DNA of 64,000 nt, from assembly GCF_032444005.1 (NCBI RefSeq), contig NC_091289.1:9238001-9302000 (forward strand). The letters are read 5' to 3'. The position numbers and the translations under genes were made by a program. Origin of the DNA: Ranitomeya imitator (taxonomy: Eukaryota). Of the stretch, positions 21,607 to 34,900 are shown piece after piece. Under the pieces are notes generated by a model. That model worked only from the letters and a program-made list of their open reading frames with translations. It was not told where the DNA came from and ran no database searches. The stretch's first letter is position 1. The number at the start of each line of letters is the position of its first letter.

Positions 21607-21709
21607 GCATTTGCTTTAGTGGAGAAATATCCGGAATACAAGGACGAGGTGTACGTTCCATACGCACAATGGCTGGCAGAGAACGACCGCTTTGAAGAGG
21701 CCCAGAAGG
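21607..21709 (+). CDS. IFT122: IFT122 coding exon
   Basis: ttccag|GCA...AAG G|gtgagt; [34 protein letters not shown]; 103 bp. Confidence 0.95.
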
Positions 21710-21813
21710 GTGAGTATGCCGCAGTTCTGCTTCGTCCTGATGATGGCGTCCATTGGGAACGGCTGCTGCAATGTGTCCACCATAACCCTCACTATCTGCC
21801 TTCCTCTTAATAG

Positions 21814-21954
21814 CCTTCCACAAAGCCGGACGCCAGGACGAAGCCGTCAGGGTCCTGGAGCAGCTTACCCACAATGCCGTGGTGGAAAGCAGATTTAATG
21901 ACGCATCTTATTATTACTGGATGCTGTCTGTGCAGTGCCTGGATATTGCACAAG
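21814..21954 (+). CDS. IFT122: IFT122 coding exon
   Basis: cttaatag|CC TTC CAC...CAA G|gtgaga; [47 protein letters not shown]; 141 bp. Confidence 0.95.
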
Positions 21955-22665
21955 GTGAGAGAGGCTTTACTGTCCTGTTCTGCATTCAGCGTTGCTGTTT
22001 ATGGGAGCGATAGTGCAGAATCGGGGGATTGTGCACATGTACCTTGTCCATACAGGTGCTGCATGGATGGGAGACATCTGTGTATGTAGCTATATACCAT
22101 GTACCTCGTACACCCATGAATTATACATATGCTATATGGAGGGACAGATGCCATGCTGTGTACATCTGTATTGCTCTATAGCCCTGGGCTTTGCCTCCCC
22201 ATGCCTATAGCGTTGCTTATATCCGAGGCCTCCATAGAAGGTGTATGGCCGGATTTACTCTCCGACGCACACTGTCTATTCACCCTTACTGTCGGATTTG
22301 CACATATTTTTACATGGCGGCTGCAGTCACAGTCCCTGTACGGACCACAATCCAACTGCAGGGTCTCCGGCCCCGAACTAGCAGCCTCATATCTACATAT
22401 CCTGTTATTTGGGGTCCGTGTACAGACCATGAAGCTCAGACATGAACTTGTCTTAACCCTTCGTATTTTTGCTTCCAGCATATCCTCAGTGAAACGTTAA
22501 AAGTCCCATTCATTCGGCATAAACTAACCTGTCCGTCGAGCACATGAGATCTAAGAGATCATTTTACCGACCTTCAAATCTGTCAGCGACACCAGACGTT
22601 AACATCTGCAGGTTTTACAGGAAGCTTCGTGTTGTGTTAATGACTTTGTTTATTCCTTCCTGTAG

Positions 22666-22763
22666 ATAATGAGGAGAAGCAGGACGCCATGCTGCACAAG
22701 TTTCACCATTTCCAGCATCTGGCCGAACTTTACCATGCCTACCACTCCATTCAGAGATACACA
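22666..22763 (+). CDS. IFT122: IFT122 coding exon
   Basis: cctgtag|AT AAT GAG...ACA|gtgagt; [33 protein letters not shown]; 98 bp. Confidence 0.93.
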
Positions 22764-23082
22764 GTGAGTATCCGGGCAATGCCGAATAACTGATACCCCC
22801 AGGATAGGTGCTAACGTGTGGATCGGTGGGGTCTGACTGCTAGGACCCCCACCAATCCAGAAGTACAGTCCTCGGCTCCGTCCCATTGAGCATGCATAGT
22901 GCAGGGAACACGCATGTACCACCACTGCTCCATTTTATATGATGGGTTGCAAGCCCTGCAGTCTTAAGTGCTGTGATTGTCACCGAGCATCTGTAGCTTC
23001 CATAGATTAGCGTCGTGTCCAGGCGCATTTCCGTGTATAGATTTTTTCACCATTCTTATCATTTTCTGTTTTTCTTTTTCAG

Positions 23083-23183
23083 GATGAACCATTCAGTTCT
23101 CACCTACCAGAGACGTTATTCAACATCTCCAGATTCCTGCTGCACAGTCTGACCAAAGAGAGTCCCCTGGGAATATCCAAAGT
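23083..23183 (+). CDS. IFT122: IFT122 coding exon (followed by a U12-type intron)
   Basis: tttttcag|GAT GAA CCA...AAA GT|gtatcctt; [33 protein letters not shown](V); 101 bp. Confidence 0.93.
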
Positions 23184-23376
23184 GTATCCTTTATCTTAGA
23201 GCCACGCCACTCCCTTCATATGGGGATAATAGACCCCTGTTCTGCTGATCACTACAGGTCCCAGCGGTCAGTCACCTCTCCTGTGGTTAGGTGATGACTT
23301 CTCACTGGACGTCTCCTTTAAGTCTTTGTGAACCATGTGCCCTTTGTGCCGGCATCCTCCTTGACTAAACCATCAG
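23184..23376 (+). other. U12-type (minor spliceosome) GT-AG intron of IFT122, 193 bp
   Basis: 5' site GTATCCTTT; branch point TCCTTGAC at 23358-23365, with its A 12 nt before the AG; no polypyrimidine tract; splicing restores frame (GT+A = Val). Confidence 0.88.
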
Positions 23377-23542
23377 AAACACTTTGTACACGTTGGCCAA
23401 ACAAAGCAAAGCCCTGGGTGCCTATAAACTCGCCCGGCACGTGTATGAGAGACTCCAAGGTCTCCGAATTCCCAGCAAATTCCAGGAGGCAATCGAGCTG
23501 GGAATTCTGACTATCCGCTCCAAACCATTCCATGACAGTGAG
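23377..23542 (+). CDS. IFT122: IFT122 coding exon
   Basis: catcag|A AAC ACT TTG...GAG|gtaagt; [55 protein letters not shown]; 166 bp. Confidence 0.93.
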
Positions 23543-23777
23543 GTAAGTGTGTGACTAAGGGGTCTACGTGGGGAAGATCAGCCAAATCATATCCCCCAAC
23601 GGAGTGCTAGGATGCAATGTATAGGCCAACAGGGACATTCAATGTCTATCGACTCGTTGGAAAAATAATGTATACCATGCGTTTTTTTTATCATAAGTCC
23701 ACTGCAAAGGAAAGCGCAGCTTGAGCGTTTGCACATAGTAAAATTTATGTAAACTGTAATACAACAATGTCTTCCCT

Positions 23778-26097
23778 GATCATGAGAGTGATCGCAGATC
23801 CTCGCCTGCAGAGTGCACTGACTTCCATAATCATGAGAGTAATCCAAGCCTGCAGGGTGCACTGACCTCCATGATCATGAGTGATCCAAGCCTGCAGAGT
23901 GCACTGACTTCCATAATCATGAGAGTGATCCAAGCCTGCAGGGTGCACGGACTTCCATAATCATGAGTGATCCAGTCCTGCAGGGTGCACCGACTTCCAT
24001 AATCATGAGTGATCCAGTCCTTCAGGGTGCACCGACTTCCATAATCATGAGAGTGATCCAGTCCTGCAGGGTGCACTGACTTCCATAATCATGAAAGTGG
24101 TCCAGTCCTGCAGGGTGCACTGACTTCCATAATCATGAGAGTGATCCAGGCCTGCAGGGTGCACGGACTTCCATAATCATGAGTGATCCAGTCCTGCAGG
24201 GTGCACCGACTTCCATAATCATGAGTGATCCAGTCCTTCAGGGTGCACTGACTTCCATAATCATGAGAGTGATCCAGTCCTGCAGGGTGCACTGACTTCC
24301 ATAATCATGAAAGTGGTCCAGGCCTGCAGGGTGCACTGACTTCCATAATCATGAAAGTGGTCCAGTCCTTCAGGGTGCACTGACTTCCATAATCCTGAGA
24401 GTGATCCAAGCCTGCAGGGTGCACTGACCTCCATGATCATGAATGATACACGCCTGCAGGGTGTACTGACTTCCATAATCATGAGTGATCCAGTCCTGCA
24501 GGGTGCACTGACTTCCATAATCATGAGAGTGATCCAGGCCTGCAGGGTGCACTGACTTCCATAATCCTGAGAGTGATCCACGCCTGCAGGGTGCACTGAT
24601 TTCCATAATCATGAGTGATCCACGCCTGCGGGGTGCACTGACTTCCATAATCATGAGTGATCCAGTCCTGCAGGGTGCACCGACTTCCATGATCATGAGA
24701 GTGATCCAGGCCTGCAGGGTGCACTGACTTCCATAATCCTGAGAGTGATCCAGTCCTGCAGGGTGCACTGACTTCCATGATCATGAGTGATCCAGTCCTG
24801 CAGGGTGCACTGACTTCCATGATCATGAGAGTGATCCAGGCCTGCAGGGTGCACTGACCTCCATGATCATGAGTGATCCAGTCCTGCAGGGTGCACTGAC
24901 TTCCATAATCCTGAGAGTGATCCAGTCCTGCAGGGTGCACTGACCTCCATGATCATGAGTGATCCAGTCCTGCAGGGTGCACTGACTTCCATAATCCTGA
25001 GAGTGATCCAAGCCTGCAGGGTGCACTGACCTCCATGATCATGAGTGATCCAAGCCTGCAGGGTGCACTGACCTCCATGATCATGAGTGATCCACGCCTG
25101 CAGGGTGCACTGACCTCCATGATCATGAGTGATCCACGCCTGCAGGGTGCACTGACTTCCATAATCATGAGCGTGATCCAAGCCTGCAGGGTGCACTGAC
25201 TTCCATAATCATGAGCGTGATCCAAGCCTGCAGGGTGCACTGACATCCATAATCATGAGCGTGATCCAAGCCTGCAGGGTGCACTGACATCCATAATCAT
25301 GAGCGTGATCCAAGCCTGCAGGGTGCACTGACTTCCATGAGAATGAGTGATCCACGCCTGCAGGGTGCACTGACTTCCATGATCATGAGAGTGATCCACG
25401 CCTGCATGGTCCACTGACTTCCATGAGAATGAGTGATCCAAGCCTGCAGGGTGCACTGACCTCCATGATCATGAGAGTGATTGCAAATCTTTGACTGCAG
25501 GGTGCACTGACCTCCATGATCATGAGTGATCCACGCCTGCAGGGTGCACTGACTTCCATAATCATGAGCGTGATCCAAGCCTGCAGGGTGCACTGACTTC
25601 CATAATCATGAGCGTGATCCAAGCCTGCAGGGTGCACTGACTTCCATAATCATGAGCGTGATCCAAGCCTGCAGGGTGCACTGACTTCCATAATCATGAG
25701 CGTGATCCAGGCCTGCAGGGTGCACTGACTTCCATGATCATGAGAGTGATCCAAGCCTGCAGGGTGCACTGACTTCCATGATCATGAGAGTGATCCACGC
25801 CTGCAGGGTGCACTGACTTCCATAATTATGAGCGTGATCCAAGCCTGCAGGGTGCACTGACTTCCATAATCATGAGCGTGATCCAGGCCTGCAGGGTGCA
25901 CTGACTTCCATGATCATGAGAGTGATCCACGCCTGCAGGGTGTACTGACTTCCATGATCATGAGAGTGATCCACGCCTGCAGGGTGCACTGACTTCCATA
26001 ATTATGAGCGTGATCCAAGCCTGCAGGGTGCACTGACTTCCATGATCATGAGAGTGATTGCAAATCTTTGACTGCAGGGTGCACTGACCTCCATGAT
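23778..26097. repeat. 42/44-bp minisatellite (about 54 copies)
   Basis: Unit gtgatccaggcctgcagggtgcactgacttccataatcatgaga, with a 42-bp variant lacking ga. Confidence 0.97.
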
Positions 26098-27694
26098 GAC
26101 GAGGGAGCATGAGTTTAATTCTGACAGGTTTTGGTTGTGTGTTAAATGTTACCCAGGTCTGGATTGCCATCTCTGTCCTTGTCTGCAGTCATGTTCCTTG
26201 GCAGATTGTGTGGCCTCTGCATTACACGGCAGTCATTGAACTCAGTAAATCACATTAGTGCCAGGTTTGTTCTGTGATTTGCCTCCGCCTTGGTTAAGTG
26301 ACCATGCACACGGTGATATTCCAGCATGGTGATATAACTTTGGGGGTACGGCATGGGCACACAGCCGGCTATGAGTCCGCAGACATATAACGTGACCTTG
26401 TCAGGCTGAGCCGGAGATTGTAAAGCCCGTTCCCTACATCTCGGCATCTGTTTGTGTGTTTAGTGAAACCATAGAATGGGGGAAGGTATCGGACAATGGG
26501 ACTTATCGCTCTGCGATTCATTAATGGCGGCTTTGGTGCATCATTGGGGCCGTGATCCTTCAGTATTTCCAGGACTGTAAGCCCAAGTACGCCGCTCTAT
26601 AAATACAGCCGCCATGTAAATGAGAAATGCGCCATCCTCAGAGGGAGCGTCTCGTGCTACTTAGGCATCGTGAATATATTTCCTCCACCTTGACTGGGTA
26701 TTATTTTTTTATAGCGGTAACTTTTGCCCTTGCTTCAGATTCTGAGGGCATGTAGATATCTGCAAATCTGTCCCATTCAACTGATTGCAGAAGTCCATGC
26801 ACCCTCCACAGAAGGGACCCCAGTAAGATGGAGGGAGGTTCAGTGGCGGAAACTTCTGCACCAAATCTGTCACGTGTGACTCTGTACCCGATGAGACTCC
26901 TCCGGTGTAACCGTCCCTTTAATTAAGCTCAGAGCGGTGACATGAATCGGCTCCGGCGGATCCGTCCACTTCCCGGCTTCATTATGTTGGACGACTTGTT
27001 TAATGCTCACATAAACATCTGTCATCTGCGCTTCGCGTCCCAAAATATACTGTGGAGCTCACCTACAATAAATCATTATGTGATTAGTCGGCGGCGGAGA
27101 GGGGGTTAATGTCGGCGCTGGAGCGCACATCTGTTTCCACTGAGCGTTCCCAGTTGCCAGAGAATTACACAGAAGATTTTTGAGGTCACACAGAACGGCG
27201 GGACCCGGGGGAAAGCTGCGCTCAAGGTCCCGGCTGTGGCGTCACTGTATTCCACCGACGTATCTGATTTATGCTGAGATTTCTGCTCTGAGATGTCAGC
27301 GACCACCAGGACCACGTCATCCGGGGTAGGGGGCAACTCAGTGATACCAGAAACTACTACTCCCATCAGCCAGCACGATGCGGATCGTTTACAAGGATAA
27401 ATAAGACACCTCTGGGGTGACCGCGCTGCGGGTCTGATTCATCAACTTTATTAATTGGCAGCAAGTGCTGAACCATTGGTCCAAAGCTGCAGAGCCGCGG
27501 ATCACATTTGCCGATCTGACTTGTATTATGGCCAATAGATGAATGCACCCCAGTACGTCCCATCATAGACCAGTTTAAGACCTGCAACATTCTGGTTTTT
27601 AGGGGCGAAGCCAAGTTATTAGAAGAGAAGTAAATGTGTGGTCGTCTCCGGCACAGTTTATGGCGAAGCTCAGAAAAATGTTCTTACAAATTAC

Positions 27695-29912
27695 TCTTCC
27701 GACAGGTGTGGCCGCACTCTGCCTCCTCTGACAGGTGTGGCCGCGCTCTGCCTCTTCCGACAGGTGTGGCCGCGCTCTGCCTCTTCCGACAGGTGTGGCC
27801 ACACTCTGCCTCTTCCGACAGGTGTGGCCACGCTCTGCCTCTTCCGACAGGTGTGGCCACGCTCTGCCTCTTCCGACAGGTGTGGCTGCGCTCGACCTCC
27901 TCTGACAGGTGTGGCTGGGCTCTGCCTCCTCTGACAGGTGTGGCTGCTCTCTGCCTCCTCTGACAGGTGTGGCCGCGCTCTGCCTCCTCTGACAGGTGTG
28001 GCTGCTCTCTGCCTCCGACAGGTGTGGTCGCGCTCTGCCTCCTCTGACAGGTGTGGCTGCGCTCTGCCTCCTCTGACAGGTGTGGTCGCGCTCTGCCTCC
28101 GACAGGTGTGGTCGCGCTCTGCCTCCTCCGACAGGTGTGGTTGCGCTCTGCCTCCTCCGACAGGTGTGGCCGCTCTCTGCCTCCGACGACAGGTGTGGCT
28201 GCACTCGACCTCCTCTGACAGGTGTGGCCGCGCTCTGCCTCCTCTGACAGGTGTGGCTGCTCTCTGCCTCTGACAGGTGTGGTCGCGCTCTGCCTCCTCT
28301 GACAGGTGTGGCCGCGCTCTGCCTCTTCCGACAGGTGTGGCCGCGCTCTGCCTCTTCCGACAGGTGTGGCCACACTCTGCCTCTTCCGACAGGTGTGGCC
28401 ACGCTCTGCCTCTTCCGACAGGTGTGGCTGCGCTCGACCTCCTCTGACAGGTGTGGCTGCGCTCTGCCTCCTCTGACAGGTGTGGCTGCTCTCTGCCTCC
28501 TCTGACAGGTGTGGCTGCTCTCTGCCTCCGACAGGTGTGGTCGCGCTCTGCCTCCTCTGACAGGTGTGGCTGCGCTCTGCCTCCTCTGACAGGTGTGGTC
28601 GCGCTCTGCCTCCGACAGGTGTGGTCGCGCTCTGCCTCCTCCGACAGGTGTGGTCGCGCTCTGCCTCCTCCGACAGGTGTGGCCGCTCTCTGCCTCCGAC
28701 GACAGGTGTGGCTGCACTCGACCTCCTCTGACAGGTGTGGCCGCGCTCTGCCTCCTCTGACAGGTGTGGCTGCTCTCTGCCTCTGACAGGTGTGGTCGCG
28801 CTCTGCCTCCTCTGACAGGTGTGGCCGCGCTCTGCCTCTTCCGACAGGTGTGGCCGCGCTCTGCCTCTTCCGACAGGTGTGGCCGCGCTCTGCCTCTTCC
28901 GACAGGTGTGGTCGCGTTCGGCCTCCTCTGACAGGTGTGGCTGCGCTCTGCCTCTTCCGACAGGTGTGGTCGCGTTCGGCCTCCTCTGACAGGTGTGGCC
29001 ACGCTCTGCCTCTTCCGACAGGTGTGGTCGCGTTCGGCCTCCTCTGACAGGTGTGGCTGCGTTCTGCCTCCTCCGAAAGGTGTGGTCGCGCTCGGCCTCC
29101 TCCGACAGGTGTGGCTGCGCTCGACCTCCTCTGACAGGTGTGGCTGCGCTCTGCCTCCTCCGAAAGGTGTGGTCCCCTCAGGCTCCTCCGACAAGTGTGG
29201 CTGCGCTCGACCTCCTCTGACAAGTGTGGCTGTGCTCGACCTCCTCTGACAGGTGTGGCCGCGCTCTGCCTCCTCTGACAGGTGTGGTCACGCTCTGCCT
29301 CTGACAGGTGTGGCCGCTCTCTGCCTCCTCCGACAGGTGTGGCCACTCTCTGCCTCTTCCGACAGGTGTGGTCGCGTTCGGCCTCCTCTGACAGGTGTGG
29401 CTGCGCTCGACCTCCTCTGACAGGTGTGGTCACGCTCTGCCTCCAACAGGTGTGGCCGCTCTCTGCCTCCTCCGACAGGTGTGGCCACGCTCTGCCTCTT
29501 CCGACAGGTGTGGTCGCCTTCGGCCTCCTCTGACAGGTGTGGCTGCGCTCTGCCTCCTCCGAAAGGTGTGGTCACGCTCGGCCTCCTCCGACAGGTGTGG
29601 CTGTGCTCGACCTCCTCTGACAGGTGTGGCTGCGCTCTGCCTCCTCCGAAAGGTGTGGTCGCGTTCGGCCTCCTCTGACAGGTGTGGCTGCGTTCTGCCT
29701 CCTCTGACAGGTGTGGTCGCGCTCTGTGTCCGACAGGTGTGGCCGCTCTCTGCCTCCTCCGACAGGTGTGGTCGCGCTCTGCCTCCGACAGGTGTGGCCA
29801 CTCTCGGCCTCCTCTGACAGGTGTGGCCACTCTCGGCCTCCTCTGACAGTTGTGGCCACTCTCGGCCTCCTCTGACAGTTGTGGCCACTCTCGGCCTCCT
29901 CTGACAGGTGTG
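27695..29912. repeat. About 29-bp GC-rich minisatellite (about 77 copies) with CAGGTG in each unit
   Basis: Unit gacaggtgtggccgcgctctgcctcctct; 26-29-bp length variants. Confidence 0.97.
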
Positions 29913-29949
29913 TCCACACTCGCTCACCTCTCACGTCTTCTTCCCGCAG

Positions 29950-30061
29950 GAGCTCGTCCCCATGTGCTACAGATGCTCAACCAACAATCCTTTCCTCAAC
30001 AACCTGGGGAACGTGTGCATCAACTGCCGGCAGCAGTTCGTCTTCTCCGCATCCTCCTATG
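29950..30061 (+). CDS. IFT122: IFT122 coding exon (C-terminal Cys/Zn-ribbon region)
   Basis: ttcccgcag|GAG CTC GTC...TAT G|gtgagt; [37 protein letters not shown]; 112 bp. Confidence 0.95.
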
Positions 30062-30339
30062 GTGAGTTGTGCTGGATGGACAATGGCGTCTGTGTCGCTG
30101 CAGGCTCCAGGGGGACACTGTGAATTCAGGTTTCTCATTCAGTCTCGTTGCCCCCGGTGTGTAATATCCGGACCACCTTTCCCTCCCTTGGTATAACCTC
30201 CGCCCCCCACTATGCCGTCTGCTTGTACTACCATGTGTGAGAACAGCCGGTGGTGTAGAGCTCCTGATACCAGCGCGGTCCTAGGATCTACTGGGGGAAC
30301 AAGTCCGGCCATGACACTTCTCCTCCTGAATCTTCCCCA

Positions 30340-31390
30340 TCACCTGTGACAGATATCATTGAAAAGTGGAAGGAACCTCAGCCACGAAGTGGAGACCCCG
30401 TAATGTTACAGAGCGGGGGGCCGAGTGCTGAGGGTACGTGCCCATGGTCAGGATCTAATCACGGAGGTAAATCCTTTGTCTTCACCGTGCGGATTTACCG
30501 CATCCAGTACATTCTATTGTCGCTGTATCTGTCGTCCTCAGGGCGATCACAGGAGCACATGCACGATTTCTAGAAATCCCATCCACTATGCTGTATCATC
30601 TGACCTCTGGTTATGAAAAACACAGCAATTCCTGATCAAGGGCACGTACCCTCAGGAGCAGAGGGCAGAAAAGTCCCCACCGCTCTGCTGACCCCATAAC
30701 GGCAGAGTCCAGCACAAACACTGCGCCCCCTGCCGGGAGCTTCATGGCGGAGCAGCTGCAGGCAGCCGTACATCACCAAGCACAATGCCGAGCGTCGGAT
30801 GGAGTGGAGGAGGAGACGGGTTCTGTGCACTGATGGATCGCACTTCTCTATCTGCGTCTCATGGAGGGGTCTGGGTTTGGTGATTCCAGGAGGACGTTCC
30901 CCCCTGACTGCATTGTGCCCCCTGTACAGATGGTGGAGGAGGATAATGCTATGGGCTGTTATCAGGGGGCGGCCTCGGACCCTCAGCTCCTGTGATGGGA
31001 AATCTTCATCTTCAGCACAAGACATTGGGGACAATTGTAGCTTCAGCCTTGTGGGAACAGTTTGGAGGAAGACCCTTATCTGCCCCCCATGACTGCGCCC
31101 AGGGCACAAGCTCCATACAGACATGAGGGGAAACACGAGGGGCCGCTCAGAGCCCGGACCTCAGCCCCATCCTATAATGGAGATTGTGAGCCCGGACCCC
31201 AACATCAGGGTCTGACCCCACAAATGATCTTCTGGATGAAGAGTCCCACAGACGCCTCCAAAGTCTTATAGAAAATCTTCCCAGAAGAGCAGCGCCATTA
31301 TATCTGCGGAGCAGCGACTCCATATTAATGTGTACGGAAGGCCAGAAATTCTCCTGGGGGCGGGGGGCACATACGTTTCCCCATGTAGTG
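30340..31390 (+). mobile_element. Heavily decayed Tc1/mariner transposon (transposase relic)
   Basis: Fragments match recalled amphibian/fish Tc1 sequence: cagccacgaagtgg, aagcacaatgccgagcgtcgg, ctgactgcattgtgcc, ttgtgggaacagtttgga, catgactgcgcccag (HD.AP motif); ends ...catgtagtg; many indels. Confidence 0.75.
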
Positions 31391-31916
31391 GATGTATGGT
31401 GAGTGGTGATGGCTCCGGGAGGTGTATACATGTATACTCGCAGGCTGGCCGGCAGCTGCTTCCATGTTGCTTTCTTGTTCATTAATGTTCCTGATCTATA
31501 AGGAAACCTCACGACTTATTGTTCCTTCCCCCTAATATCCGGCTGCAGCCGAGTCCTTGTCTGTTTCCACACGACGGCCCCACAAGACGTCTACAAAAGT
31601 ATCAGCAAATAAGCCGAGAAACGACTTCCATATGGAGGAGACGATCTAACACGCAGAGAATGGCCGTCCTACAACGACATCTTGTAATCGTTACTAATAT
31701 ATATAACGTGTCCTAACCGAGCAGAGCCGCGCAGACCCCGATATATTGTCCTGCAGCCGCCATCTGCTGTTTATACATCGGCAGCGGAGAAGCTCACAAT
31801 GTAATGTCTCCAGGAGATAAACCCGCGGTACACCTTCATGAGAAAGCAGTCATTCTGCAAACGTCATGGCCTCTTACCACCCCCCAAAGTCTCCACTAGG
31901 GATGATTGCGATGCTG

Positions 31917-34900
31917 ATCATGAATCTTTGTATACAGGGAGCTCCCCCTAGTGGTGGCTGCAGACAGAATCTTATGTATCTCTGTATACAGGGAGCTCCC
32001 CCTAGTGGTGGCTGCAGACAGGATCTTATCATGTATCTCTGTATACAGGGAGCTCCCCCTAGTGGTGACTGCAGACAGGATCTTATCATGTATCTCTGTA
32101 TACAGGGAGCTCCCCCTAGTGGTGGCTGCAGACAGGATCTTATCATGTATCTCTGTATACAGGGAGCTCCCCCTAGTGGTGGCTGCAGACAGTATCTTAT
32201 CATGTATCTCTGTATACAGGGAGCTCCCCCTAGTGGTGACTGCAGACAGGATCTTATCATGTATCTCTGTATACAGGGAGCTCCCCCTAGTGGTGACTGC
32301 AGACAGGATCTTATCCTATATCTCTGTATACAGGGAGCTCCCCCTAGTGGTGACTGCAGACAGGATCTTATCATGTATCTCTGTATAGAGGGAGCTCCCC
32401 CTAGTGGTGGCTGCAGACAGGATCTTATCATGTATCTCTGTATAGAGGGAGCTCCCCCTAGTGGTGGCTGCAGACAGGATCTTATCATGTATCTCTGTAT
32501 ACAGGGAGCTCCCCCTAGTGGTGACTGCAGACAGAATCTTATCATGTATCTCTGTATACAGGGAGCTCCCCCTAGTGGTGGCTGCAGACAGGATTTTATC
32601 ATGTATCTCTGTATACAGGGAGCTCCCCCTAGTGGTGGCTGCAGACAGGATCTTATCATGTATCTCTGTATACAGGGAGCTCCCCCTAGTGGTGGCTGCA
32701 GACAGGATCTTATCATGTATCTCTGTATACAGGGAGCTCCCCCTAGTGGTGGCTGCAGACAGGATCTTATCATGTATCTCTGTATACAGGGAGCTCCCCC
32801 TAGTGGTGGCTGTAGACAGGATCTTATCATGTATCTCTGTATACAGGGAGCTCCCCCTAGTGGTGGCTGCAGACTGGATTATATCATGTATCTCTGTATA
32901 CAGGGAGCTCCCCCTAGTGGTGGCTGCAGACAGAATCTTATCATGTATCTCTGTATACAGGGAGCTCCCCCTAGTGGTGGCTGCAGACAGGATCTCATCA
33001 TGTATCTCTATATACAGGGAGCTCCCCCTAGTGGTGGCTGCAGACAGGATCTTATCATGTATCTCTGTATACAGGGAGCTCCCCCTAGTGGTGACTACAG
33101 ACAGGATCTTATCATGTATCTCTGTATACACGGAACTCCCCCTAGTGGTGGCTGTAGACAGGATCTTATCATGTATCTCTGTATACAGGGAGCTCCCCCT
33201 AGTGGTGACTGCAGACAGGATCTTATCATGTATCTCTGAATACAGGGAGCTCCCCCTAGTGGTGACTGCAGACAGAATCTTATCATGTATCTGTGTATAC
33301 AGGGAGCTCCCCCTAGTGGTGGCTGCAGACAGGATCTTATCATGTATCTCTGTATTCAGGGAGCTCCCCCTAGTGGTGGCTGCAGACAGGATCTTATCAT
33401 GTATCTCTGTATACAGGGAGCTCCCCCTAGTGGTGACTGCAGACAGAATCTTATCATGTATATCTATATACAGGGAGCTCCCCCTAGTGGTGGCTGCAGA
33501 CAGAATCTTATCATGTATCTCTATACAGGGAGCTCCCCCTAGTGGTGGCTGCAGACAGGATCTTATCATGTATCTCTGTATACAGGGAGCTCCCCCTAGT
33601 GGTGACTGCAGACAGAATCTTATCATGCATCTCTGTATACAGGGAGCTCCCCCTAGTGGTGGCTGCAGACAGGATCTTATCATGTATCTCTGTATACAGG
33701 GAGCTCCCCCTAGTGGTGACTGCAGACAGAATCTTATGTATCTCTGTATACAGGGAGCTCCCCCTAGTGGTGACTGCAGACAGAATCTTATCATGTATAT
33801 CTATATACAGGGAGCTCCCCCTAGTGGTGACTGCAGACAGGATCTTATCATGTATCTCTGTATACAGGGAGCTCCCCCTAGTGGTGACTGCAGACAGGAT
33901 CTTATCATGTATATCTATATACAGGGAGCTCCCCCTAGTGGTGACTGCAGACAGAATCTTATCATGTATCTCTGTATACAGGGAGCTCCCCCTAGTGGTG
34001 GCTGCAGACAGGGTCTTATCATGTATCTCTGTATACAGGGAGCTCCCCCTAGTGGTGACTGCAGACAGGATCTTATCATGTATCTCTGTATACAGGGAGC
34101 TCCCCCTAGTGGTGACTGCAGACATGATCTTATCATGTATCTCTGTATACAGGGAGCTCCCCCTAGTGGTGACTGCAGACAGGATCTTATCATGTATCTC
34201 TGTATACAGGGAGCTCCCCCTAGTGGTGACTGCAGACAGGATCTTATCATGTATCTCTGTTTACAGGGAGCTCCCCCTAGTGGTGACTGCAGACAGAATC
34301 TTATCATGCATCTCTGTATACAGGGAGCTCCCCCTAGTGGTGACTGCAGACAGAATCTTATCATGTATCTCTGTATACAGGGAGCTCCACCTAGTGGTGG
34401 CTGCAGACAGGATCTTATCATGTATCTCTTTATACAGGGAGCTCCCCCTAGTGGTGACTGCAGACAGGATCTTATCATGTATCTGTGTATACAGGGAGCT
34501 CCCCCTAGTGGTGGCTGCAGACAGAATCTTTATCATGTATCTCTGTATACAGGGAGCTCCCCCTAGTGGTGGCTGCAGACAGGATCTTATCATGTATCTC
34601 TGTATACAGGGAGCTCCCCCTAGTGGTGGCTGCAGACAGGATCTTATCATGTATCTCTGTATACAGGGAGCTCCCCCTAGTGGTGGCTGCAGACAGGATC
34701 TTATCATATATCTCTGTATACAGGGAGCTCCCCCTAGTGGTTAAGTAAATAAGGCAGCACACTGCAGCGCTAGAACATACAAACTTGAAAAACGAAATTT
34801 GAACTGCATTACTGCACTAGAAATATGAAAAATGAGAGCTTTTAGCGCATAAAAATGGCCAATTTTATGTGTACCTGGTAGCCCCTTTACGGCATCTCTC

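Noticed and set aside
26250-27614. Short minus-strand ORFs (65-86 aa) between arrays suggesting a nested antisense gene
   Set aside because: Different frames, no recognisable domain, no coherent exon chain
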